DNA of 43,974 bases from positions 1-43,974 of the forward strand of contig CAZBLS010000004.1 in NCBI GenBank assembly GCA_964492705.1, written 5' to 3'. The notes under the pieces are model-generated. The model ran no database searches. It saw only the letters and a program-made list of their open reading frames with translations, and was not told the DNA's origin. The position numbers and the translations under genes are program-made. Positions within the stretch are counted from its first letter, which is position 1. Each line of letters opens with the position of its first letter. This document shows positions 18,629 through 27,807 of this stretch, one piece after another. This DNA comes from an uncultured Oscillospiraceae bacterium. Its GTDB lineage: Bacteria; Bacillota; Clostridia; Christensenellales; QALW01.

Positions 18629-19543
18629 GTGAGCGAATATATAAAAAAAGGTCTTTTTAAGGATAAAAATTTTAAAAACGGCTTTAAAGTGAACAGGATA
18701 TTAAACGGCAAGGATGGGTATATTCCCATCGGCAAGTGGCAGTTTCCTCAATCGGAAGGAGAACCGGATTGGTTCCTCGTGCAGTGGTATTCAAAATACT
18801 GCCTTATAAATGAGCGTAAGGACGTAGGTTCGCCCTACGTTATAACCGACACTGCCGATTCCAAAAAAGTGGTATACGATCCTACAAACAACAGCCTTTC
18901 AATGAATTTGAATGCTGCAAAAATTTACGGGGGAGAACCGCACAGAGAGGGGCTTTGGCCACACCTTTTGATAGAACAGAGACCCGTATGCGTATACGGT
19001 GAACTGTCCGAAGAAGACAAAAAGTTCTACCGTGCCGATTGCGATGAATTGCATATGGAAGTTGACATCCGTATGCCTTTGTTTGAAGATACCACCAATC
19101 CCGAGGGTGTAAACGCCTGCCAGTTTATGGCGTATTTCTACTTAACACCGATAAACTTTGATAGGTTTATTTGGTTCGGCGTAAGTTTCCTTGATTCAAG
19201 ACAGCCTGCCGATACGTATTGGAATATTGACCTTGTGGGCACGGAAATGATATACTGCCTTTCCACAGAGGACACTTTCGGGGGGCTTGAAAATTCTTTT
19301 TACGATGTAAATAACGGAATGAAAGTCAAGCCTGTCGATGAATGGAGGCATATAGATTTAAACCTGACTCCCCATATAGACAAGGTCATCGAACTTGCAA
19401 ACAGAGACAATACGTTTGGGCGCAAAGTGACAAGGAGCGATTTTTATATACGGGGAACCAATTTGGGCTTTGAAACTCACGGCAATATCAACTGCACGGT
19501 GGACATAAAGGATTTTGACCTTGTGGCATATAACCGTAAATGA
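18629..19543 (+). CDS. hypothetical protein (aromatic-rich, no signal peptide)
   Basis: 304-aa ORF, CAGGAG RBS, GTG start; no family recognised. Confidence 0.75.
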   Translation: MSEYIKKGLFKDKNFKNGFKVNRILNGKDGYIPIGKWQFPQSEGEPDWFLVQWYSKYCLINERKDVGSPYVITDTADSKKVVYDPTNNSLSMNLNAAKIYGGEPHREGLWPHLLIEQRPVCVYGELSEEDKKFYRADCDELHMEVDIRMPLFEDTTNPEGVNACQFMAYFYLTPINFDRFIWFGVSFLDSRQPADTYWNIDLVGTEMIYCLSTEDTFGGLENSFYDVNNGMKVKPVDEWRHIDLNLTPHIDKVIELANRDNTFGRKVTRSDFYIRGTNLGFETHGNINCTVDIKDFDLVAYNRK

Positions 19544-19546
19544 AAT

Positions 19547-19575
19547 TTGACATTATGCCGAATATGTGATATACT
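19547..19575 (+). promoter_or_regulatory. sigma-A promoter of mrp
   Basis: TTGACA-17 nt-TATACT with an extended TG. Confidence 0.7.
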
Positions 19576-19683
19576 CACAAAAGATAATCGAAAAACAGCG
19601 GATGTTTTTAATATCCGCTGTATTCTTGCGACTGTGAATAATTCGGAAAGGAAAAGCAATATAAAAATATTGTAATTTTTACT

Positions 19684-20499
19684 ATGGGATGTACACATAA
19701 TTGCTCGGATTGCAAATCTTCCTGCGGTTCGGAAAACGAAAGTTTGCTTGTTGAAGCAAATAAACTCAGTAATATAAAAAAAGTAATAGGTGTTGTAAGC
19801 GGTAAGGGCGGAGTAGGTAAGTCGCTTGTAACATCGCTTCTTGCCTGCGAAATGAATAAGAGAGGGAACAAATGTGCTGTTCTGGATGCGGATATAACAG
19901 GTCCCTCAATACCCAAAAGTTTCGGTCTTCACGAACAGGCTATGGGAAATGATGACGGTATTCTTCCCGCAAGGACGGATACAGGTATAAGCGTAATGTC
20001 GGTAAACCTTATGCTTCCCGACGAAACCGATCCCGTAATTTGGAGAGGTCCCGTTATTGCAGGCGTGGTAAAACAGTTTTGGACGGACGTTATTTGGGGA
20101 GATGTTGACTATATGTTTGTTGATATGCCTCCGGGAACGGGTGACGTCCCCCTTACGGTATTTCAGTCACTGCCCCTTGACGGAATAGTAATCGTTGCTT
20201 CTCCGCAGGAACTTGTTTCGATGATAGTGGAAAAAGCCGTAAAAATGGCAAAAGAGATGAATGTACCGGTGCTGGGTCTTGTGGAAAATATGGCTTATTA
20301 CGTTTGCCCCGATTGCGGAAAGAAACATTATATTTTCGGATCGACACCTGCGCAGACCGTTGCGGAAAAATTCGGGATAGAATCTTGGTGTGAGATTCCT
20401 CTTGACCCCGAGACCGCAAAAAAAGTAGACGGCGGACTTGTGGAAGAGACGGATTCTTCCTACCTTGCGCAAATTGCGGATAAACTTGAAAAAATCTAA
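19684..20499 (+). CDS. Mrp/NBP35 (ApbC) Fe-S cluster carrier ATPase
   Basis: N-terminal Cys cluster, SGKGGVGKS, DADITGPS, VIWRGP, DMPPGTGD and ENM..CPDC motifs. Confidence 0.93.
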   Translation: MGCTHNCSDCKSSCGSENESLLVEANKLSNIKKVIGVVSGKGGVGKSLVTSLLACEMNKRGNKCAVLDADITGPSIPKSFGLHEQAMGNDDGILPARTDTGISVMSVNLMLPDETDPVIWRGPVIAGVVKQFWTDVIWGDVDYMFVDMPPGTGDVPLTVFQSLPLDGIVIVASPQELVSMIVEKAVKMAKEMNVPVLGLVENMAYYVCPDCGKKHYIFGSTPAQTVAEKFGIESWCEIPLDPETAKKVDGGLVEETDSSYLAQIADKLEKI

Positions 20500-20560
20500 T
20501 GCCGAGGGACTGCTTTTTTTACGGGCAGTTCCTTTTTTCGGTACGGGAGTTGAAAGAATA

Positions 20561-21346
20561 TTGAATTTACTGAAAAAGTTTTTTTCGGTGCACGGGGATG
20601 AACTTGACGGAGAAAAAATAAAGGCTTATACGGACAGAAAGTTTACTTTACTTGAAGAAACCGATTCCACCAACGCTTATTTAAAGCGGAATGGGGAACT
20701 GTTCGGGGACGGCGAAGCGGTAATAGCAAAAAGGCAGACCTCAGGCAGAGGCAGGCTGGGCAGAACTTTTATTTCACCGAGCGGAGGAATTTATATGAGT
20801 TTATTCCTGAAACCCGAAAACGGCGAGATTGACGGCACGGATATAACCGCACTGTGCGCAGTTTCAACCGCTATGGCAATAGAGGACGTTACGGGAGAAA
20901 AAACGAAGATAAAGTGGGTAAACGATATCTTTTTGAGAGGGAAAAAAGTCTGCGGTATTTTAACCGAGGCCCTGACCGAAAACGAAAAGATCAAATATAT
21001 TATCGTGGGCATCGGTATTGATGTATACAGGCAAAAGAAACTTCCCGAGAAACTGAAAGATACGGTGGGTTTCCTCTTTGAAAAACAGGGCGATATAATA
21101 AATAAATTGGCGGCAGAGACGGCTGATAATTTTTTTGCAATGTACAAAACGGGGAAATATATCGAAGAATACCGTAAAAGGTCTATGCTTGACGGGCAAA
21201 CGGTGGAATATACGGAAAACGGTTCGGTAAAAAGCGGAACGGTGCTTGGCGTGGATGAAAAATGCGGACTTAGGATAAAAGACGGCGACGGCGAAAAAGT
21301 TTTGCGGTCGGGAGAAGTCAGGATAACGAAATATGAAAGAACATAG
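20561..21346 (+). CDS. birA: biotin--protein ligase (no N-terminal HTH)
   Basis: DSTN, QTSGRGRLGR, KWVND and KVCGIL motifs. Probable TTG start at 20561 after GGGAG; the longer ORF would overlap mrp and its hairpin. Confidence 0.88.
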   Translation: MNLLKKFFSVHGDELDGEKIKAYTDRKFTLLEETDSTNAYLKRNGELFGDGEAVIAKRQTSGRGRLGRTFISPSGGIYMSLFLKPENGEIDGTDITALCAVSTAMAIEDVTGEKTKIKWVNDIFLRGKKVCGILTEALTENEKIKYIIVGIGIDVYRQKKLPEKLKDTVGFLFEKQGDIINKLAAETADNFFAMYKTGKYIEEYRKRSMLDGQTVEYTENGSVKSGTVLGVDEKCGLRIKDGDGEKVLRSGEVRITKYERT

Positions 21347-21848
21347 ACGGATAATATATTCCGCACTGTGCACTGCGCTTATTGCAGTATCCGCACAATT
21401 GTCGTTGCCCCTCGGCGGAATAAATATGACCGCACAGACTTTTGCCGTCGCATTTTGCGCATACCTTACCGATACGAAAACCGCTCTCTGCGCAACGGGG
21501 GTATATATTCTTTTGGGCGCTTGCTCCGTTCCCGTGTTTTCTTCTTTTTCGGGCGGATTTGCTGTGCTTTTCGGTCCGAGCGGAGGCTTTATTTTCGGCT
21601 TTTTGCCCTTTGCGATGCTTGCTTCGTCAGGGAAAAAGCACCCTTTGTTATGTGGGATTGCGGGGCTTCTCGTTTGCTATTTGTCGGGGACGGCGTGGTA
21701 TGCCTGCGTTTCGGGACGGAATTTTCTTGAATCGGTGCTTTTGACCTGTCTGCCCTATGTTTTAAAGGACGTATTATCGGTCGTGGGTGCTTTCTTTGCG
21801 TCAAAAAACGTAAAAAAGCGGTTACCGAAGATAAATAACGCAAATTAA
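21333..21848 (+). CDS. bioY: biotin transporter S-component BioY
   Basis: TAQTFAV, YILLGA..PVFS, GPSGGFIFGF motifs; hydrophobic; adjacent to birA. Confidence 0.92.
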   Translation: MKEHRRIIYSALCTALIAVSAQLSLPLGGINMTAQTFAVAFCAYLTDTKTALCATGVYILLGACSVPVFSSFSGGFAVLFGPSGGFIFGFLPFAMLASSGKKHPLLCGIAGLLVCYLSGTAWYACVSGRNFLESVLLTCLPYVLKDVLSVVGAFFASKNVKKRLPKINNAN

Positions 21849-21881
21849 AATAAAAAAATCCCAATATATCAAAAAGAAGTG

Positions 21882-21910
21882 TTGACAAAGAGGGAAAAAA
21901 TCTATATAAT
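21882..21910 (+). promoter_or_regulatory. consensus sigma-A promoter of the lipoprotein gene
   Basis: TTGACA-17 nt-TATAAT. Confidence 0.8.
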
Positions 21911-21956
21911 TTAATTGAATAATAATGTGCGTAAGCACTGTTTTCAGGAGGATAAT

Positions 21957-22619
21957 ATGAAAAAGACTATAAAAGTTATGGGCTTGTTACTTGCTACGGT
22001 AACGGCGGTTGCTTTCGTAGGATGCGGTGACAATACCGGTGACAATGTCGGAGGAGATGCGGGCAACAACAAAACACAGCCCCCCGTGGTAACTCCCGTT
22101 CCCGGACTTACTATGGAAGATCTTTCCAACTATTCTGTAAAGTATACGGTTGAGATCGTAAGCACCGATACCGCAACGGGTGAAACGGTTACGACAACCA
22201 CGAATAATACGGAAGCCGGATATTCCGGAATGTATTTTTCAAGTACCGATAACGGCGAAAGTTATATTGCCACTCAGGCTTCTTGCTTCGGTATAGAGTC
22301 CACAACCGATCCCAGAGGTTGGTTCAACGCTCACAAGACATATCTTTACAACGAAAGTGCAAAAGAGAAGGTTACAAACGAGGGTGAAGAAACTATCGCA
22401 GGTCATCCCACCGTACACTATCACTACAAAAACGGTTTGTTTGATATCGATTTCTGGGTATGGGAAGAAAAACACGTAACCCTTAAATACGTAAACAACA
22501 GAGATCAGCAGTCACTTACCGTAACCGAACTTGCATTCGGTGCCGTAGATTCAATTACTGAATATCAGAGCCGTTTGGTTACACCTGCTCCCGCAGAACC
22601 CACAGAAGCGGCAGAATAA
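21957..22619 (+). CDS. putative lipoprotein of unknown function
   Basis: AGGAGG RBS; MKKTIKVMGLLLATVTAVAFVG-C lipobox; low-complexity linker followed by a beta-rich domain. Confidence 0.8.
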   Translation: MKKTIKVMGLLLATVTAVAFVGCGDNTGDNVGGDAGNNKTQPPVVTPVPGLTMEDLSNYSVKYTVEIVSTDTATGETVTTTTNNTEAGYSGMYFSSTDNGESYIATQASCFGIESTTDPRGWFNAHKTYLYNESAKEKVTNEGEETIAGHPTVHYHYKNGLFDIDFWVWEEKHVTLKYVNNRDQQSLTVTELAFGAVDSITEYQSRLVTPAPAEPTEAAE

Positions 22620-22639
22620 TTTTTTTAAAACTGCTTTAC

Positions 22640-22673
22640 AGGCAACGCACTTACCGTGCGTTGTCTTTTTTTT
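22640..22673 (+). terminator. intrinsic terminator after the lipoprotein gene
   Basis: AGGCAACGCAC/GTGCGTTGTCT stem plus a T-run. Confidence 0.85.
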
Positions 22674-22749
22674 GATTTTATCTTGTTTAAGTTGACAATT
22701 TAGGGGGGTAAGTATAATATTACTGAGATTTTTTTATACGGAGGATGCA

Positions 22750-24810
22750 ATGTACAATAAATCACTTTATAATATATTGCTTGAACGCAAGCATCATACA
22801 TACAGGCACGCTTTTGACAAAAGCAAGGCTTCGGATTTCACCAACGAAAACATTCACCCCTCCAAGCGTATGGCTATGCGCTTAAAGGATGTTTTCTTGC
22901 AGGAAACGCCTGTTATATTGGAAGAACAGAATATAGTTTTTATGCGCACGGTCACGGACGTGCCCGATATTTTTCTGCCCGAGGAAACGGCGAGAATAAA
23001 GGAAAAATATACCCTCCACGAACTTGGGTACGTATCTAACATTTGCGGGAATTACGAAAGAATTTTGGCTACGGGACTTGAAGAGTTGCGCAAAAAAGCC
23101 ATAAACAGACTTTCGCAAGCCAAAAGCGAAAACGATACCGAGGGACAGATCTTTTTGCAATCGGCAATAGAACAGATAGAAACCGTATATATGCTTACGG
23201 ATAAATATAAGTGCGAGGCGGAAAAACAGGGCAGAGACGATATCGTACGTGTTCTCGAACGTGTTCCCCGTGAGAGTGCACGCACGTTCAGGGAAGCGTT
23301 GCAGTTTTTCCGTATACTCCACTACACTTTGTGGGCGGAGGGCGAGTACCATAATACCGCAGGCAGATTCGATAAATATGTCTATCCCTATTTTAAACGG
23401 GATATTGAGAACGGTACGCTTAATAGGTCACAGGCGGAAAAACTTTTGGAGGAATTCTTTATAACATTTAATTTGGACAGTGACAGGTATCCGGGTGTTC
23501 AACTTGGTGATAACGGACAGTCGATGATGCTGGGAGGCGTGGACGAAGAGGGCAACGATTGCTTTAACGAACTTTCTTCGGCGTGCTTGCGTGCAAGTTG
23601 TGAACTTAAACTTATCGACCCGAAGATAAATTTGCGAGTTTCGAAAAATACTCCCAAAGAACGCTTTAAGGAAGCGACACTTCTTACAAAAGCTGGGCTT
23701 GGATTTCCCCAATATTCCAATGACGACACTGTAATTCCCGCACTTGTTTCCCACGGCTATGACCTTAAAGATGCAAGGAACTATTCCGTTGCCGCCTGTT
23801 GGGAATTTATCGTGGGCGGATGCGCTATGGATATAAACAATATCGGCGCACTGTCTTTCCCCAAAGCGGTTGAAGAGGCAATGTTTACTTCGCTTAAAGA
23901 GTCCGAAACTTTCGACGGCTTTATGGAGAAAGTTGAACAAAAGATAAAAGAGCAGGCGGATAGTATCTGCAACGGTTTAAAGGAAATATATTTTATTCCG
24001 GCACCTTTCTATTCCGTTCTTATGGACGGCTGTATTGAAAATGCAAGGGATATTTCAAAGGGAAACAAATATAATAATTTCGGCATACACGGCGTAGGTG
24101 TGGCAACGGCATCGGATTCGTTGCAGGTTATAAAACACTGCGTGTTCGAAACGGGCGAAGTTACCAAAGATGAAATAATAACGGCAGTGCAGAACGATTT
24201 TAAAGATCAAAACGAACTTTTGCACACCTGCCGATTTGAAAATGCGAAAATGGGAGATAACGACGACAGCGTCGACGGCATTTCCTGCCGACTTCTTAAT
24301 GCTTTTGCCGATGCCTTGGATGGCAGAAAGAACAGCAGAGGAGGTGTTTTCCGTGCCGGAACGGGGTCGGCAATGTTCTACATATATCACGCCGACGAAA
24401 TAGGCGCATCTGCTGACGGCAGGCGTAAGGGCGAACCGTTCGGCGCAAATTTTTCACCCAGCCTTTTTGCTCGGAACAAAGGTCCTTTTTCGGTTATCCG
24501 TTCCTTTACAAAACAGCCTTTTAACCGAGTAATGAACGGCGGACCGCTTACTATGGAATTCCATTCTTCGGTGTTCGAAAGCGAAGAGGGCGTAGAGGAA
24601 GTTGCCGAACTTGTACGCAGTTTTATACTGCTCGGCGGTCATCAGTTGCAACTTAATTCCATAAACAGGGAACGCCTTATAGATGCCCAAAAGCATCCCG
24701 AAAATTACCGCAATCTCATTGTGCGCATTTGGGGATGGAGTGCATATTTTACCGAACTTGACAGGGAATATCAGGATCATCTTATAGCAAGGCAGGAGTT
24801 CAATGAGTGA
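22750..24810 (+). CDS. glycyl radical enzyme (PFL-like family) of unknown substrate
   Basis: ARTFREALQ, GRFDKY, GLGFPQYSND, K.GDNDD.VD, ASADGR and QLQLN motifs; Cys loop YSVAAC350WE; Gly loop LIVRIWG662WSAYF. Confidence 0.92.
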   Translation: MYNKSLYNILLERKHHTYRHAFDKSKASDFTNENIHPSKRMAMRLKDVFLQETPVILEEQNIVFMRTVTDVPDIFLPEETARIKEKYTLHELGYVSNICGNYERILATGLEELRKKAINRLSQAKSENDTEGQIFLQSAIEQIETVYMLTDKYKCEAEKQGRDDIVRVLERVPRESARTFREALQFFRILHYTLWAEGEYHNTAGRFDKYVYPYFKRDIENGTLNRSQAEKLLEEFFITFNLDSDRYPGVQLGDNGQSMMLGGVDEEGNDCFNELSSACLRASCELKLIDPKINLRVSKNTPKERFKEATLLTKAGLGFPQYSNDDTVIPALVSHGYDLKDARNYSVAACWEFIVGGCAMDINNIGALSFPKAVEEAMFTSLKESETFDGFMEKVEQKIKEQADSICNGLKEIYFIPAPFYSVLMDGCIENARDISKGNKYNNFGIHGVGVATASDSLQVIKHCVFETGEVTKDEIITAVQNDFKDQNELLHTCRFENAKMGDNDDSVDGISCRLLNAFADALDGRKNSRGGVFRAGTGSAMFYIYHADEIGASADGRRKGEPFGANFSPSLFARNKGPFSVIRSFTKQPFNRVMNGGPLTMEFHSSVFESEEGVEEVAELVRSFILLGGHQLQLNSINRERLIDAQKHPENYRNLIVRIWGWSAYFTELDREYQDHLIARQEFNE

Positions 24811-25645
24811 CCTTATATTCGATATAAAGGAATTTGCACTGCACGACGGTGACGGCTTGCGTACAACGGTGTTTTTTAAGGGATGTCCCCTTAAATGTGT
24901 ATGGTGTCATAATCCCGAATCGCAGTCTTTTTCCGTTGAAAAAGCCAAAAATAAAAATAAATGCGTGCATTGCGGTCTGTGCGAAAGAACCTGTGCGCAC
25001 GAAGAATGCAAGGGCTTGGGAGTTTGTTTGAAAGTTTGCCCCAATAATTGCATTAAAACGGTGGGAGAAGAGTATACTCCCGAAAGACTTGCGGAAAAAT
25101 TACTTAAAAACAGTTTTTTTATAAAGTCCGGCGGAGTGACTTTTTCAGGCGGAGAGCCTATGTGCCACAGCGATTTTATTCTTAAAACGGTACCTCTTTT
25201 AGGAGGGATAAAAACCTCGGTAGAGACCTGCGGATACGTTAATCAAGACGTTTTTGCGTCCGTTTGCGAAAAGGTGGACGGAATTTATATGGATATTAAA
25301 CTTATAGACGAAAAAGAGCATATCAAGTACACGGGCAAAAGTAACGGGCTTATTTTGAAAAATGCCGAGTATTTGCTGAAAAACGGACGTCAGGTTACGT
25401 TTAGAATACCGCTTATACCCAATATAACCGATACTGAACGGAATTTAAACGGCATTGCGGAGTTTTTGCAGGCAGGCAGAGATAATATCAAGGTGGAACT
25501 GTTGCCGTACAATAAACTTACGGGTGCAAAATATAAAAGCATCGGCAGAGAATACAATCCGCCTTTTGACGAAAAGGCGACGCCGAACGGGGATACAGAC
25601 CCGTTTGTAAAGAGAAATATATGTGTGAGGAGATTGTCGCAGTGA
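24803..25645 (+). CDS. glycyl radical enzyme activating enzyme (radical SAM)
   Basis: HDGDGLRTTVFFKGCPLKCVWCHNPESQ, GGVTFSGGEP and RIPLIP motifs; overlaps the GRE stop. Confidence 0.95.
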   Translation: MSDLIFDIKEFALHDGDGLRTTVFFKGCPLKCVWCHNPESQSFSVEKAKNKNKCVHCGLCERTCAHEECKGLGVCLKVCPNNCIKTVGEEYTPERLAEKLLKNSFFIKSGGVTFSGGEPMCHSDFILKTVPLLGGIKTSVETCGYVNQDVFASVCEKVDGIYMDIKLIDEKEHIKYTGKSNGLILKNAEYLLKNGRQVTFRIPLIPNITDTERNLNGIAEFLQAGRDNIKVELLPYNKLTGAKYKSIGREYNPPFDEKATPNGDTDPFVKRNICVRRLSQ

Positions 25646-27753
25646 GAGAATTTAAGTTTGAAAATAACGGAAGCGTTAATTTGGTTTGCAACGGACAGGC
25701 GGTACTTTGCAACATTAAACCTTGGTTTAACCCGAAACTCAAACCTGATAAGGAAACTTCTTTTGAAGACAGAATAGAAGCGGAGAGTTTTAACGTAAGC
25801 GAAACTTCCGTAACATTTGCTTTTCCCGAAAACGTGGGCGAACTCACACTTGACGTAAGGGGAGAAAACGGCTGTTTTGCACTTTTTGCAAAGGGTGAAT
25901 ACGATGCACGCAATAACGGATTCGCTCACGGCACACATTTGGACCCGCTCAGAGGATTGGGGTTCGATTTTAATTTCCCCCACGAGGGCAATTATATCGA
26001 CGCATATATGCGCTGTGAACATTGGCAAAGACCCTATATCGGAGAAAAGGAAAGTGAACTTAAACCCCGTACGCAGGGACTGTTTTTTAAACAGTCCGAC
26101 AGATTTGTCTATCTTTCGGCGACCTGTGACAAGGATTATAAAACAGAAATATTCCCCTCGGATAACGGAGTTTCTTTAAGAGCGCAATCGAATACCAAAA
26201 TCGATACGGTGGATGAATGCGTGCTTGTGGGCGGTGTGGGAGACAGTGTCTACACTCTCGGCGAAACGGTGGCTTCCTACGGTTTCTCGGCTATGGGTAA
26301 AAACGGCAAATTGCGCAAGGATAAAGAGTATCCCGAAGTGTTTGAATACTTGGGTTGGTGCTCGTGGGATGCATTCCAAATGTACGTTACCCACGAAAAT
26401 CTTACCGATAAAGCACAGGAATTTAAAGAAAAAGATATTCCCGTAAAGTGGTTTATTCTTGACGATATGTGGGGATACGTTAAGCAAAATACAATGGAGA
26501 CTATGTATTCAAGAGAACTTGAAAGTTGGGAAGCCGACCCTGCAAGATTTCCCAAAGGTCTTAAAGGCATAATTTCCGAACTTAAAGAAAAATACAACTT
26601 GAACGTGGGAATTTGGCATCCGACTACCGGATATTGGAACGGACTTGACCCGAGGGGCGAAATTGCTCAAAAATACGGTGATCTTCTTGAATATACAATT
26701 CCCGGATTAAATCCCGACCGGTCGAGGCTGATGCATTCGTTTGACAGGGATAAGATTAAAAAATACTATGATATTCAGCATAATTTCTATTCTAGGTGCG
26801 GTGCGGATTTCACAAAGGTGGATAATCAGGGAACGGCGCAAAGGCTGTGCTATTTAAAAGGCACTTTGGGCGAATGCGTTAAAAATATGCACGAAGCAAT
26901 AGAAGAGTCGGCTCAGAAATACTACGGCGGTGCGCTTATCAACTGTATGGGTATGCCCATAGAAAACTTCTGGAACAGGGGTTACAGTAATGTGAACCGT
27001 TTTTCGGGAGATTTCCAACCTGAAAACAGGGAATGGTTTGTACAGCACCTGTTGCAGTGCAGTTATAACTCTCTTACCCAAGGTGCGGTATACACGGGCG
27101 ATTGGGATATGTGGTGGTCGGATGACGGGCAGGCTGTAAAAAATGCGGTTTTGCGCAGTATGAGCGGAGGACCCATATATATGTCGGATAAACTGGGCAG
27201 AAGCATTAAGGAAGTCATAATGCCCACGGTGCTTTCAAACGGAAGAATAATACGCCTCGGAGAGCCTGCAAGACCTACCGAAGACTGTCTGTTTGAGGAT
27301 GCGGAGAAGAGCGGAAAGACGTATAAAGTATTTAACCGCATAGGAGAACACGGTGTTGTTGCATCGTTTGACCTTGATGAAAACGACGGTTGCGTTACGG
27401 GCACGGTACAGGCAAAAGATGCGTTCCTTACGGGAAAAGAGTACTTTGCATACGATTGGTTCGGTAAGTCCGGAGAAAAAATCGGAGAGGACGGCTGTGT
27501 GAATGTAAAACTCGGCAACAGAGATGGTTTTACCTTACATATACTTTGCCCCGTAAAAGACGGCAAAGCCGTTATAGGTTTGACGGAAAAATATATGACA
27601 GCCGGTGCGGTAAAGAAGACGGATAAGGGGTATGAAGCCCTTGATGACGGAACATTTGCCGTGTATTCCGAAAAGGCGCTTGACGGATTTGAACATACGG
27701 GCAACGGAATTTACTTGAAAAAAGTAAAACAGGGAGAAACCGTATCTTTCTGA
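25642..27753 (+). CDS. Sip1/raffinose-synthase-like alpha-galactosidase (GH36)
   Basis: GWCSWDAF, ILDDMW, FTKVDNQ, RFSGDF, DWDMWWS and SGGPIYMSD motifs. Probable GTG start at 25642 (GAGGAG RBS), overlapping the activase stop (GTGA). Confidence 0.88.
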   Translation: MREFKFENNGSVNLVCNGQAVLCNIKPWFNPKLKPDKETSFEDRIEAESFNVSETSVTFAFPENVGELTLDVRGENGCFALFAKGEYDARNNGFAHGTHLDPLRGLGFDFNFPHEGNYIDAYMRCEHWQRPYIGEKESELKPRTQGLFFKQSDRFVYLSATCDKDYKTEIFPSDNGVSLRAQSNTKIDTVDECVLVGGVGDSVYTLGETVASYGFSAMGKNGKLRKDKEYPEVFEYLGWCSWDAFQMYVTHENLTDKAQEFKEKDIPVKWFILDDMWGYVKQNTMETMYSRELESWEADPARFPKGLKGIISELKEKYNLNVGIWHPTTGYWNGLDPRGEIAQKYGDLLEYTIPGLNPDRSRLMHSFDRDKIKKYYDIQHNFYSRCGADFTKVDNQGTAQRLCYLKGTLGECVKNMHEAIEESAQKYYGGALINCMGMPIENFWNRGYSNVNRFSGDFQPENREWFVQHLLQCSYNSLTQGAVYTGDWDMWWSDDGQAVKNAVLRSMSGGPIYMSDKLGRSIKEVIMPTVLSNGRIIRLGEPARPTEDCLFEDAEKSGKTYKVFNRIGEHGVVASFDLDENDGCVTGTVQAKDAFLTGKEYFAYDWFGKSGEKIGEDGCVNVKLGNRDGFTLHILCPVKDGKAVIGLTEKYMTAGAVKKTDKGYEALDDGTFAVYSEKALDGFEHTGNGIYLKKVKQGETVSF

Positions 27754-27807
27754 AAAACTTGAATAAAAACAAAAATTTTGCACAGACTTTTACCGAGGTG
27801 AAAATCT

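Noticed and set aside
22750-24810. Annotation as pyruvate formate-lyase (pflB)
   Set aside because: It lacks the Cys-Cys pair and the RVSGY motif, and its activase has a ferredoxin-like insert.
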